Shown here: piece by piece, positions 18,924 through 28,501 of the stretch
Position numbering within the stretch: position 1 is the first letter of the stretch
How the letters are laid out: each line of letters opens with the position of its first letter
IMG/VR virus record: IMGVR_UViG_3300045988_052780
Reading direction: 5' to 3' (one strand)
Origin: a virus
Length of the DNA stretch: 64,000 nt
The notes under the pieces: generated by a model
Seen by the model: only the letters and a program-made list of their open reading frames with translations
Databases searched by the model: none
What the model was told of the DNA's origin: nothing
Program-made: the position numbers and the translations under genes

Positions 18924-20118
18924 AATCCCTAATACATTTTAGAACTGGCTGTAGAGGACAACCTTCATCGCTAAGATAGAAGTACTTCACAGTAGCCATC
19001 TTACCAATAATTTCATCCATTCTGTCAAGATATTCCCATTTTAACTCACGAGGACCCATAGGTTTGGCTTCAAACTCTTTACCCTCTTTAGTTTTACATA
19101 CAAATACCATGTCTTCGGGACGTAATCCTTCACTATAACCAACAATTTCAAATTCTGCGTCCTTATACATTTTGACTTTAATCATAGCATTAGTTCTTCC
19201 TCCAAAGTTATATACCTTAGAAGGATCACGAATAACTATTCCCTCAAAGCCTTCACCTACATACTTGTCATGTAGTTTCTGTATATTAGCCCAACCAACA
19301 ACTGTTTCTTGAGGAACTATTTGGAACTTCAATTCTCCATCATCCCATTCTCTTTCTGGATTGAAACCTAAATTCAATTCATCAGTAATGTCATGAAGAA
19401 TATCTAGTCGTTCCTCAAATGTTTTGGTACTATCCATTACATCATAAATATAATATTCAAGCCAATCCATTCCAGCTGTATCTTTCTCCAATCTTGCCGC
19501 ACCACTGATCTGCTGTAGAGATTTACCATGTTTATATAGTTCACCATCTAATACAATATCAGGATGCTCTTCAAAGAATTGAATAAGTTTTGGATTATGA
19601 CGCATGAAGGAAGTTGAAGCATCGTAATCACCACCTCCTCTAGAGGCAGTTCTTACTTCCCCATCCTTCCAATAGAAGGAGCATCTAACTCCATCTATCT
19701 TTCTGCTACCGTACCAATATTTGATTTTATCAAATACACTAGTAGCAACTTTGTCAGCTTGTTTAGCTAACATATGCTTCTTAAATCCATTTGAATCAGT
19801 AACACCATTACCTAAGTGTTCCTCAACAAATGCCTCAACTGCTACAGCATTATCAATTTTAATTGAAGATGGTAGCAGTTTATACCCTTTATCTGTGTAT
19901 TTCTTTAAATGAGAGTTATACTCTAATCGAGCCTGTTCAGATACGGTTCTTTTAACCTTACCTTTATAAATCCATATCTCTGGCTGTACAGTTACTTTAC
20001 CACCATATTGATATGTCTTTCTTCTAATAACAAACCCATGTTGAGCATCATCCCATTCGTAACTAATCTCAACTACTCTAGTTTTACCCTTGTTGTCTTT
20101 AGTTACTAATATGTCCAT
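18916..20118 (-). CDS. ATP-dependent polynucleotide ligase (DNA-ligase-type KxDG nucleotidyltransferase)
   Basis: Motif I SRKIDGVRC, motif III VLDGELY, motif IV EGFEGIVIR, motif V AMIKVKMYK. Confidence 0.6.
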   Translation of the reverse strand: MDILVTKDNKGKTRVVEISYEWDDAQHGFVIRRKTYQYGGKVTVQPEIWIYKGKVKRTVSEQARLEYNSHLKKYTDKGYKLLPSSIKIDNAVAVEAFVEEHLGNGVTDSNGFKKHMLAKQADKVATSVFDKIKYWYGSRKIDGVRCSFYWKDGEVRTASRGGGDYDASTSFMRHNPKLIQFFEEHPDIVLDGELYKHGKSLQQISGAARLEKDTAGMDWLEYYIYDVMDSTKTFEERLDILHDITDELNLGFNPEREWDDGELKFQIVPQETVVGWANIQKLHDKYVGEGFEGIVIRDPSKVYNFGGRTNAMIKVKMYKDAEFEIVGYSEGLRPEDMVFVCKTKEGKEFEAKPMGPRELKWEYLDRMDEIIGKMATVKYFYLSDEGCPLQPVLKCIRDYE

Positions 20119-20140
20119 ATTAATTTACACTCTTATGCAA

Positions 20141-20353
20141 TTAATCAAGATCGTCAATAGTTACAGATTCATTACAATCTTTAATGAGCGAGTTTACTAA
20201 TTCAGCACGCTCTGTAGTTAACTTCTTAGCTATCTCCTCTGCTTCCTCCGCCTTTGCACGATATTCAAATTGCATCGCATAGGCTTTCTGGATTTCTACA
20301 CCTAATTCTGTAATTTGCTTACTTCTAGTTATTACTTCTTCTGCGTTTATCAT
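20141..20353 (-). CDS. hypothetical small coiled-coil protein
   Basis: 70 aa ORF. Confidence 0.3.
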   Translation of the reverse strand: MINAEEVITRSKQITELGVEIQKAYAMQFEYRAKAEEAEEIAKKLTTERAELVNSLIKDCNESVTIDDLD

Positions 20354-20565
20354 ATAGATTTAACAGACTTATATTTAGAACCTTTATGCTTAGATACATA
20401 GTCCATAGCCTCGGCCCTACTAGAAGTCCACTTAGTAGGGCCACTTCTATCCGTATATATCACATATATGGATTCCGGCATAGAAGTAGGTTCATCTATT
20501 ATTTCATAACAAGCATCTTCAACAACTATATTTATATGTTGTCTTAATTTATCTTCTAACCCCAT
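20350..20565 (-). CDS. hypothetical small protein
   Basis: 71 aa ORF. Confidence 0.3.
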   Translation of the reverse strand: MGLEDKLRQHINIVVEDACYEIIDEPTSMPESIYVIYTDRSGPTKWTSSRAEAMDYVSKHKGSKYKSVKSI

Positions 20566-20984
20566 ATGTAATTATCTAATTGACGTGATTCCATAAATTC
20601 TCCTCTTAAATCTTTAACACATTTCATATCCCAGCGAGTTCCAGCATGTCTAAGAGCTACAGCTAGGTTATTATTGTATTCGAGATTGCTAGAGGGTATA
20701 AATAAATCTTTAGACTCCCATACTGTAGACAGATTAGTCTCCTCGTACTTTATAATGCACCATAAATGATTTCTATGGTCATACTTAGACTCTACTGTCT
20801 CAAATACAATCTTCTTAGTCTCTGGATTAACTGCGACTATTCTTGCATTTGTAATACCCTTTATCTTAAAGCATTTACCTATTACCTGACTTGCTAAGTC
20901 ATTCTGTACAGATACAAGAGCATCCTTCAGTTTAGAAGTAGCCGCAATCAATCCCTCAATCTCAGAAGGTATATAGTTATCCAT
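20556..20984 (-). CDS. hypothetical protein
   Basis: 142 aa ORF. Confidence 0.4.
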   Translation of the reverse strand: MDNYIPSEIEGLIAATSKLKDALVSVQNDLASQVIGKCFKIKGITNARIVAVNPETKKIVFETVESKYDHRNHLWCIIKYEETNLSTVWESKDLFIPSSNLEYNNNLAVALRHAGTRWDMKCVKDLRGEFMESRQLDNYIWG

Positions 20985-20995
20985 TTAAGCAATAA

Positions 20996-21526
20996 TTAAT
21001 TAGTTCCAGTGTGTCCAAATCCACCTTTACGTTCTGTTTCATCTAATCTAGCGACTTCCTTCCACTCACAAGTCTCAACTTTAGTAAAGACTAATTGAGC
21101 TATACGTTCCTTGTCTTCAATCCATACTGCTTCATGCCCTAAGTTAATAAGAACTATGTGTATTTCATCCCTGTAATCAGCATCTACAGTACCAGGCGTG
21201 TTAAGTACAGTAATTCCTTTTTTCAGAGCTAGTCCACTCCTAGGTCTTACTTGACATTCTGCCACAAATCCATCTGTAGGCTCTGGAAGAGCAATTCTCA
21301 GTCCAGTCGGAATAAGTGCTCTAGCTCCTGGATCCAATCTTAGCATAGTTACTTTATTACCGTCCATTTTAGGTGATGCGAATACGACCTCGCAGTCACC
21401 AAAAGCTTTAATAGGATTATCAACTGTCACTCTACTAAAGTCTGCACGTACATCCATGCCTGCTGACATGGGAGTTTCGTACTGAGGAAGCTTGTTGTTG
21501 GATAAATTAATTACTTGTACTTTCAT
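20996..21526 (-). CDS. dut: dUTP diphosphatase
   Basis: All five dUTPase motifs are present: [49 protein letters not shown]. Confidence 0.9.
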   Translation of the reverse strand: MKVQVINLSNNKLPQYETPMSAGMDVRADFSRVTVDNPIKAFGDCEVVFASPKMDGNKVTMLRLDPGARALIPTGLRIALPEPTDGFVAECQVRPRSGLALKKGITVLNTPGTVDADYRDEIHIVLINLGHEAVWIEDKERIAQLVFTKVETCEWKEVARLDETERKGGFGHTGTN

Positions 21527-22028
21527 TGAGTGTAAACGAATAAATTGAATTCTTAGTTTTAAATATCTTTTTATTCCAATCTATAGACATTATATTAGAA
21601 GTAGTATACCACCTATCAGTATTATCAAGGACTAATGGTAGACCTTCTGTAAAGGCGGGAGTCACACCTGATTCTGTAAACCCTACCTTTTGTCTAGCAT
21701 TATTAATTCCCTTAATCTTAGTGATAGTCATATATCCTTTTTTAGCATGTTCCAAAGAGTAATCTTTGAACCACTTAATAATGACTTCAAATTTACATTC
21801 ATCAGCTTCGGTATAAAATGCTTTCACCAATAAATCATTATCATAGACTGCTAGGAATGGATTCTCTCTGGCACTACAACTCCCTTTAATCTTAAATGCC
21901 TTCTTACGCTCCTTATAATGGTTTATATCGAAGGTTTCTAAATTGAAGCAATACCCAGCCATTTCTGTTAATTGATCTCTCAACTTAGTGGAAGACTGGC
22001 TATCGTAAACATATTTAAACGTTAGCAT
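21507..22028 (-). CDS. hypothetical protein
   Basis: 173 aa ORF. Confidence 0.4.
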   Translation of the reverse strand: MLTFKYVYDSQSSTKLRDQLTEMAGYCFNLETFDINHYKERKKAFKIKGSCSARENPFLAVYDNDLLVKAFYTEADECKFEVIIKWFKDYSLEHAKKGYMTITKIKGINNARQKVGFTESGVTPAFTEGLPLVLDNTDRWYTTSNIMSIDWNKKIFKTKNSIYSFTLNESTSN

Positions 22029-22438
22029 TCAACTATATAATATTTAGGAAATATAATTCCATCTATTTCTAGTTCTACTTCCTGAACAGTATCAAACACA
22101 TCAAATATACTGTCATAGTAAGCATCAGCCATCTCTTTACATGTCACTACAGATGGTTGATTAGACTGACCCTCCATTGTTTGTTTAAGTGAGTCTCTAT
22201 AGTTGTTAACTACCCTATTAGCATCGCCATCATCTAGAATAAGAATAACTTTACCGTTAATTCTGTATTCATAGATGCCATTCCATATACTTTCTTCTTC
22301 GGAACATGTATTTAGAAATGGTTCTAACTCTGCTTCAGTGGCAGTATTGAGTCCTAAATGATAAGCAGTCATATATAACTGCCCTGGATTTTCAAATCCC
22401 TTTAATCTTGCTAATTTAATAAAATCTGTGTAGTGCAT
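22022..22438 (-). CDS. hypothetical protein
   Basis: 138 aa ORF. Confidence 0.4.
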   Translation of the reverse strand: MHYTDFIKLARLKGFENPGQLYMTAYHLGLNTATEAELEPFLNTCSEEESIWNGIYEYRINGKVILILDDGDANRVVNNYRDSLKQTMEGQSNQPSVVTCKEMADAYYDSIFDVFDTVQEVELEIDGIIFPKYYIVEC

Positions 22439-22443
22439 AGTAA

Positions 22444-23808
22444 TTAACTTAATATATAAGCATTAGTTTTGGTTCTTGATAAAGATACATATTGAAGCTG
22501 TCTAAGTTCATTAATATCTCTATCCAACTTTAGATTACCCATGTCTACGAACACATTGTTATAGGAACTCCCTTGACTTCTGTGTGCAGTTATGGCATAA
22601 CCATAGTCGAACGTCTGTGGCTTAATAACTCTATTATCAAATAACAGAGGAACTGGAGTAGCAAACGATTTTACCATATCGAAATATATACCCCATAAAT
22701 ACTTAGATTTAGTCCTATTACTCCACTTTTTAGCTTGTATTGCATCAAGCCTTACAGATTCTATCTTCTGAGCAAGTGTATGTAAATAGTCAGGATTTAT
22801 ATTATCTGGGTCTATTATGAATACGTTCATTAATCTCTTATCAACGCTATCATATAGGCCCAGCTCGAACCCCGAAAGTCTCATAAAATGAGGAATGTTT
22901 CTAGAGGTTCTGCGTATGTTAATAATAATATAGTCAGAAGAATTAAAGAACATGTCGCCATCGTATTCAAAGTTCTCACACCCAGTTAGAAACTCTGATT
23001 TATGATATGGCTCATTGTCTGTAAATAATAATCTTCTGACACAATCATTAAAACCTTTTACGCGCTTATTAGTATATGCTATAAGTTTAGTATGGTTTAC
23101 ATTATTATGTGTCATACCATACTTAATTTCTGGTAAGGCATCTAGCATAAACTCTTTAGCATTATTATAGCAAAAGAGAGAACCCTTCTCTCCGATTCGT
23201 GTTTCAAATCTAGCTATAGGATTCTCTCTTAATGTTAATAATATGGGTGCTAGGGCAGTGTCTTCATCTTGTCTGAATATCTTAGTAAGACGTATTACAT
23301 TCTCATGTTCGAACACCTTACTAAGACCTCCATTATTCACTGGAGCTATTTGGGCAATGTCCCCTATAAACAGAATCTTACACTGATAAAATTCACAATA
23401 GTCTACAAGTAGATCGTAAAGTTCATCACTAACCATAGAGGCTTCATCTATGATAATTAATCCCTTATTAGGAATGTTACCCATACCTTCAGAATAGAAC
23501 TTCAAATCCTTGTAGTCTAAGTTAAATATATCTAGCTTGGGAGATAATGCTAATAGTTTATGTAATGTAGTAGCTGTATAGCCTGTAGCCATCTCTAGGA
23601 CTGCTTTAGCTTTGTGAGTAGGAGCACACAACTTAAAGAATTCTGTTCCTTTGGTACTATCTAAATACTGTACGAACTCATTCATAACTGCTGTTTTACC
23701 TACTCCAGCATATCCAGTAAGAACTAATATTCTTTCCGGACTATCTAAGAACTTAATCATCTTATCAATAGCATACAACTGCTCATCTGACCAAGCTATC
23801 TTATTCAT
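22444..23808 (-). CDS. Dda/RecD-like SF1 DNA helicase
   Basis: Walker A GYAGVGKT, Walker B IIIDEASMV, C-terminal motif ITAHRSQGSSYNNVFV...YVSLSRTK (T4 Dda: STFHKAQGMSVDRAFI...YVGVTRGR). Confidence 0.85.
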   Translation of the reverse strand: MNKIAWSDEQLYAIDKMIKFLDSPERILVLTGYAGVGKTAVMNEFVQYLDSTKGTEFFKLCAPTHKAKAVLEMATGYTATTLHKLLALSPKLDIFNLDYKDLKFYSEGMGNIPNKGLIIIDEASMVSDELYDLLVDYCEFYQCKILFIGDIAQIAPVNNGGLSKVFEHENVIRLTKIFRQDEDTALAPILLTLRENPIARFETRIGEKGSLFCYNNAKEFMLDALPEIKYGMTHNNVNHTKLIAYTNKRVKGFNDCVRRLLFTDNEPYHKSEFLTGCENFEYDGDMFFNSSDYIIINIRRTSRNIPHFMRLSGFELGLYDSVDKRLMNVFIIDPDNINPDYLHTLAQKIESVRLDAIQAKKWSNRTKSKYLWGIYFDMVKSFATPVPLLFDNRVIKPQTFDYGYAITAHRSQGSSYNNVFVDMGNLKLDRDINELRQLQYVSLSRTKTNAYILS

Positions 23809-23810
23809 AA

Positions 23811-24443
23811 CTATTTATCCCAAAATTTATAAGTTATGTTTGTTAACTTGTACTCTCCATCCTCAACTATAACCTTATAAAGCCTTTGGTTGGTGTTTGG
23901 ATTATTAAGTGGTCCACATTCTTCAATGTAAGGGCCGAGCTTAACGTAATTAAAGTTCTTCAGATCAATTTCCTCTGCTAATGTAGCTCTACCACTATAC
24001 CACCCAATCTTTATGTTAAGTGGTACTGTCTCCTGCCATTGCATCTCAGTTTCAGCCGGAATTGTTACCTTAGGAAACTTTACCTCTTTATGAATAGTAA
24101 AGGAATCTACTATCTTAGTAGTAGTTAATGCCCTTACTAAACCAGCATAGTGATTAATGAGTTTAGGGTCATTATCGCCACCCATAAAACAGATAGCAGT
24201 AATACCTTTATTCTCATTAATGAGTTTCTCTATTCTAGTAATTGTTAGAGGTTCTCCAATATCCTCTGCCAAGTAAGAGCTATGACAGCCTGGACAATGG
24301 CAGGGACAATTGGATATATTAATGGCAAGAGTGGTTTCATCAGGAATTTCCCTAAATACTATGTCATATCCTACATATTTAAGCATGTGCGTAGAATCTT
24401 CTGCTAGCTTCTTCTTGTCTTGCTTGACTGAAGTTACTAACAC
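23811..24443 (-). CDS. nrdG: anaerobic ribonucleotide reductase activating protein (radical SAM)
   Basis: NISNCPCHCPGCHSSY gives a CxxxCxxC cluster in the same position as T4 NrdG GCPHRCKGCHN. Sits immediately downstream of the nrdD exons. Confidence 0.7.
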   Translation of the reverse strand: MLVTSVKQDKKKLAEDSTHMLKYVGYDIVFREIPDETTLAINISNCPCHCPGCHSSYLAEDIGEPLTITRIEKLINENKGITAICFMGGDNDPKLINHYAGLVRALTTTKIVDSFTIHKEVKFPKVTIPAETEMQWQETVPLNIKIGWYSGRATLAEEIDLKNFNYVKLGPYIEECGPLNNPNTNQRLYKVIVEDGEYKLTNITYKFWDK

Positions 24444-24651
24444 GTTTTAAATAACCGATAACTCTAGTAGCATAATCAATGTTCTTACTACCACACTTAG
24501 GACATTCTTTGAGATATCTTTTATCAATATGTCCACAATCATTACAAATAGTATTTGGAATATTAAATGTGAAATAGTTAGTACCATTGACAGCTGCAAC
24601 CTTTAATAGGTTACGATACTGTTCTTTGCTAAGATGTTCATCTAGATTCAT
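24379..24651 (-). CDS. nrdD: anaerobic (class III) ribonucleotide reductase NrdD, C-terminal exon (Zn ribbon and glycyl-radical motif)
   Basis: CNDCGH...CPKCGS Zn ribbon followed by the glycyl-radical motif RVIGYL and QEEASRR. The ORF is C-terminus only. Confidence 0.7.
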   Translation of the reverse strand: MNLDEHLSKEQYRNLLKVAAVNGTNYFTFNIPNTICNDCGHIDKRYLKECPKCGSKNIDYATRVIGYLKRVSNFSQARQEEASRRFYAHA

Positions 24652-25678
24652 GTGGAGGGCGCTACCCGTGTTTATCTAATGTTTCCATTAGCACTGACTA
24701 TATCTTAACGGAAGTACTTCCGCAATATCCATTTCAAGCAGCGTACCAATAGCTGCCTTACTCCTCCGATCCGAGGATAGTCGATACAGGATTATAATTA
24801 TCAATGTTTATCTCCTGACCATTAAGTAGCCAGGCAGATTTAACTTTACTGTAGATTGGAAGATGTTTATATGAATTAGCAATTAAACCTCTAAAGCTAT
24901 CTTTAGATTTACTTCTGCTACCATACTTCTCATATGTTTCTGTTAAGGTATGATTAGTATAATACTTACGTATCTCTAAGACTTCTTCGTCAGAGTATAT
25001 TGCATTACCATTCAAACTTCCTGGATTACTCTTTTGAGAACTATGATGTACTTTATTAGATTCAGTATAAACTTCCGGCATAACAGATTGCCAAGTAATT
25101 CCTTCCCAAATCTTCTGAAATGCTGAGTAGGAGATTCTATCCTTAAACATCTCCCAACATTCCTTACATCTCAAGTCTCCATAAGAGTAAATCTCTCGAA
25201 TTTGAATTACATCTTCCACTTTAAGTTTAGCTCTAGGGTTTCCGTCTAACTGGTTAGATTCACCTCCCCCAGTAATATTATATCCTTTATCAGGATTCCT
25301 GGAATCAAAGGTCTTTATATAGTACCTCTCTAATTCCCCAAGCTTCTTAAAGTCGTCAGTATTATCTATCTCTTCTATAGTAAAGTTCTCAAGACCGTAT
25401 TTACGCATAGACCTATATAAGTGTCTATCACACACTCTACTGTCTCTTATGTGACCTCTCCATCTTGCTTCTAGTGTAACTGTAGTTAAACCTATATACA
25501 CCTTGCCGTTAATACTGTTAGTAATTTTATAGATGATCATTATATTAATAATTTCTACAAATTTACTAATTTAAATGGAGATGTGCAACTCATACATCAT
25601 AATTAATTTCCCACGGGATTACCATACATCTAGTCTCACGACTCAAGCTTCAGGCTTCCCCGTTAGCATAGTTAATTA
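24652..25678 (-). mobile_element. group-I-like intervening sequence in nrdD carrying a GIY-YIG homing endonuclease ORF
   Basis: The GIY-YIG ORF is flanked by GC-rich, hairpin-rich non-coding stretches of 139 nt and 106 nt in an otherwise AT-rich genome, lying between two nrdD coding pieces. Exact splice junctions not determined. Confidence 0.5.
24758..25540 (-). CDS. GIY-YIG homing endonuclease
   Basis: N-terminal IYKITNSINGKVYIGLT...RWRGH is the GIY-YIG catalytic module. Confidence 0.8.
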   Translation of the reverse strand: MIIYKITNSINGKVYIGLTTVTLEARWRGHIRDSRVCDRHLYRSMRKYGLENFTIEEIDNTDDFKKLGELERYYIKTFDSRNPDKGYNITGGGESNQLDGNPRAKLKVEDVIQIREIYSYGDLRCKECWEMFKDRISYSAFQKIWEGITWQSVMPEVYTESNKVHHSSQKSNPGSLNGNAIYSDEEVLEIRKYYTNHTLTETYEKYGSRSKSKDSFRGLIANSYKHLPIYSKVKSAWLLNGQEINIDNYNPVSTILGSEE

Positions 25679-26488
25679 CTATACCCGTCTGGTTAAACGC
25701 AAAGATATAACAGGCGATTGTTCACCATCAAGATACTTGATATAATCTTTACCATGTAGTTTAAATTTATCAAGTATAGTCAAGGAAGTATCTTCTACAG
25801 CATAGAAGTAACTATTATAGCAATCTCTTGGTACAAAGTAACCTGCCTTCCTGTCCCACATAGCATGTTTAACTCCCAGGTTCTCCGCTGGGACAAACTC
25901 ACAGTTAAACATCAACTCCTTAGTTCTAGCTTTACGATTTTCATCGCTAATAGTCTTAAGGATAGATTGCATAAATTCTCTGTAAGTAGGATTGTCATTA
26001 ACTGGAATTCCTAAGAACTCAGCAGCTTCGATAACTCCATTAACACCTACAGTTAAATACTGTTTCTTCATATGAATGAATCCAGCAGAATAGACAGTTA
26101 GTAAACCATCATTTAAATAGTCTTTGAGTAATTCATTATATGCAGTTTGATATTTATGAACTTTCTGAACGTTTTCACGTAAATACTCAATCATATCGTA
26201 TCCGTTATTAACTGCATCTTGAACTAATCTATTAATATTTAAAGTCATTACAGATTTGCTACCAGTAGCAATACCACCAGCTCCAAGAGAATAACTAAAT
26301 TGATTATCAGTTACTTCATTGCGAAGTCTACAACAACTTGACAGACTATCTGCTGAATCAGACATATAAGTAAAGAATGAGTGTCCCTTACTATACATCT
26401 CTGCTGTAAAGTCTGCCCATTCTTTATCTACTACATCCTCTCCATCAGTAAGAAGTGCTACAGTTTCGACCATTCTGTTACACCTCAC
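25679..26488 (-). CDS. nrdD: NrdD central exon
   Basis: Segments LTVYSAGFIHMKKQYLTVGVNGVIEAAEFLG and NCEFVPAENLGVKHAMWDRK resemble conserved NrdD core blocks. No ATP-cone or Gly-radical, so it is an internal piece. The ORF start is probably inside the intron. Confidence 0.65.
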   Translation of the reverse strand: MRCNRMVETVALLTDGEDVVDKEWADFTAEMYSKGHSFFTYMSDSADSLSSCCRLRNEVTDNQFSYSLGAGGIATGSKSVMTLNINRLVQDAVNNGYDMIEYLRENVQKVHKYQTAYNELLKDYLNDGLLTVYSAGFIHMKKQYLTVGVNGVIEAAEFLGIPVNDNPTYREFMQSILKTISDENRKARTKELMFNCEFVPAENLGVKHAMWDRKAGYFVPRDCYNSYFYAVEDTSLTILDKFKLHGKDYIKYLDGEQSPVISLRLTRRV

Positions 26489-27224
26489 CCTCGGTAGGTG
26501 AGTGATTTATTAAGTATTCGTATTTCTTGTTCTCACTACTAACTATCTTGCCATAGATTTCTATTTCGTGTAATAGTCTATTCTTGATAGCCTCTTCTTC
26601 CGTGTCATACCATTCGATTAAGGATTCTCCATCCTTCTTTATATAGCATCTCCAGCATTTACCATCTCGTCTATTAGAGTGATAACTAACACCTACTACT
26701 TTACCGTAGTGTCTGTTAACTACATTTATTGCTTGAGATACTACTCTAAGATTCTCCATTCTATTGTCTAGTCTAATTCCATTAATATGGTCCACTACAG
26801 TCTTAGCATCGTAACCCTCTGTTTCAGTCAGAATCTTATGAATTAGCCGCGTCTTACCATCAGTTTTAGTTACTGCGTAACCTTCACTATTAATATAAAT
26901 CTTAAACTGTTGTAAGAACTCTTTCTTATCTAAATCGAATATTACTTCACCAGTGATTTCACCATGTACTCCTCTACATACACAGACATTATCTCTCCAC
27001 TCATTAGCATCCTTCTGGGTGAATTGAGATATCTCTCCATGTCTATACATTTGTAAATAGTGCTTTCTACAATAATACTGTCCATCTCCCTTAAACTTAC
27101 TTACTCTACCAGTGCCATTACCGACACTAGCTCCACATATACAGCAAATTCTTTCGTTAGTCTCCATATTTATAAAGTTGTTACTTGTTTCACTTAATGA
27201 GACAAAGATACAACTTATTCCCAA
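26478..27224 (-). CDS. HNH homing endonuclease
   Basis: VVDHINGIRLDNRMENLRVV is an HNH motif, and an N-terminal CCICG...CRKH Zn-binding region is present. The real start is probably METNERICC, about 19 codons in. Confidence 0.75.
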   Translation of the reverse strand: MGISCIFVSLSETSNNFINMETNERICCICGASVGNGTGRVSKFKGDGQYYCRKHYLQMYRHGEISQFTQKDANEWRDNVCVCRGVHGEITGEVIFDLDKKEFLQQFKIYINSEGYAVTKTDGKTRLIHKILTETEGYDAKTVVDHINGIRLDNRMENLRVVSQAINVVNRHYGKVVGVSYHSNRRDGKCWRCYIKKDGESLIEWYDTEEEAIKNRLLHEIEIYGKIVSSENKKYEYLINHSPTEGEV

Positions 27225-27368
27225 TAGAAACTAACTTTAATGGACATACTTAATAAACGGGAGAATACTTCAATTCTCCTCTATATGTTACCATATAGTT
27301 CCGACTATCGCATACCTTAATACATTATATTCACACATAACGTATTAAAGTCCTCTATATTTAGTCTG
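26489..27368 (-). mobile_element. group-I-like intervening sequence in nrdD carrying an HNH homing endonuclease ORF
   Basis: HNH ORF plus a 144 nt structured non-coding stretch (27225..27368) between NrdD N-terminal and central coding pieces. Junctions approximate. Confidence 0.5.
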
Positions 27369-28496
27369 TCAGGCTGCACACTTAACGTTGCTTGCCCCCT
27401 GTTGTCCTAATATTAGGAGTTCCAAGTCAATTAATAGAGGTTTTAATTCCCCATCGAAATTCCAAGGGAATGTAAGAATACACTTAGTGCGTTCATTATT
27501 AAACCAAGTCATAAACTTCTTCTGTAACCAGTTCAAAGAATCCCATATGGGCTTAGTTCCATCTGGGAATACAAACTCACCAAATAAACCTTCAAAGTAA
27601 TTCTTATCAAAATAACTGATATTCCAGAATACTGATTGGAAGTTACGAGCAGCTGCTGGTTGATTGATTGAATATACAATCTGTTGGAACTTCTGTTCAA
27701 TAGTCTTATCAATATTTCTATGTTTATCAACCATCTCTTCTGGACGTTTCCAATAATCATCACCCCATTCTTTACGAGCGAAGTAATCGAAATACATTAG
27801 GAACTCACCAGTAGCTACTGCTCCAGCGAATTGTGAGCTGATAGCAAATACCAGATTAACAAACATACCGCAGAAGGAGTCCAGATTCTTAGGCTTGGCA
27901 GACAAACCTCCAATTGGCTGTAGCCCTTCAAGTAGGAACGGATACATAGTGATAGCCACGCAGTAGGGCATAATTGATGTTTCATCATGCTTGTAAAGTT
28001 CATGAGATTCCAGTTGTCTAATATACTCCTTAGCTAAATCTTCACCATATAACTGCCTAATTTTATCTGTAAGGATTGCTCTATTAACTTTAATTACATC
28101 ACCCTTAAACAACTCTCCATTTAAAGTTACTATATTCTTCTCAGTAACATTGGCATTAGCATCATATTTACTACCTGTAGCAGCATTAGATGCTTTGGCA
28201 TAATCTTTAATAAACTGCTTCTTCCCAGCTAATGCTCTGAGTTCAGCTTGTTTATGTCGATACAAAATGAATGCTTTAGCGACATCATAGTAATCACAAG
28301 CCATCAAAGCCTTTTCAATTTGATCTTGAAGCTCTTCTACTGATACTATGTTGTTAATATACAATTCATCTTTAATATCATCCAAAATATCGGAATCAAT
28401 TGGTTCGTTAACAGCATTGAACGCCTTAGTAATAGCCGCGTCAATCTTATTAATATCGAAAGGTTCTACTCTCTTATTTCTTTTAATTACTAACAT
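27369..28496 (-). CDS. nrdD: NrdD N-terminal exon (ATP-cone and first half of catalytic domain)
   Basis: Starts MLVIKRNKRVEPFDINKIDAAITKAF, an ATP-cone. The 3' end of the ORF reads through into the intervening sequence. Confidence 0.7.
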   Translation of the reverse strand: MLVIKRNKRVEPFDINKIDAAITKAFNAVNEPIDSDILDDIKDELYINNIVSVEELQDQIEKALMACDYYDVAKAFILYRHKQAELRALAGKKQFIKDYAKASNAATGSKYDANANVTEKNIVTLNGELFKGDVIKVNRAILTDKIRQLYGEDLAKEYIRQLESHELYKHDETSIMPYCVAITMYPFLLEGLQPIGGLSAKPKNLDSFCGMFVNLVFAISSQFAGAVATGEFLMYFDYFARKEWGDDYWKRPEEMVDKHRNIDKTIEQKFQQIVYSINQPAAARNFQSVFWNISYFDKNYFEGLFGEFVFPDGTKPIWDSLNWLQKKFMTWFNNERTKCILTFPWNFDGELKPLLIDLELLILGQQGASNVKCAA

Positions 28497-28501
28497 TCAA
28501 T

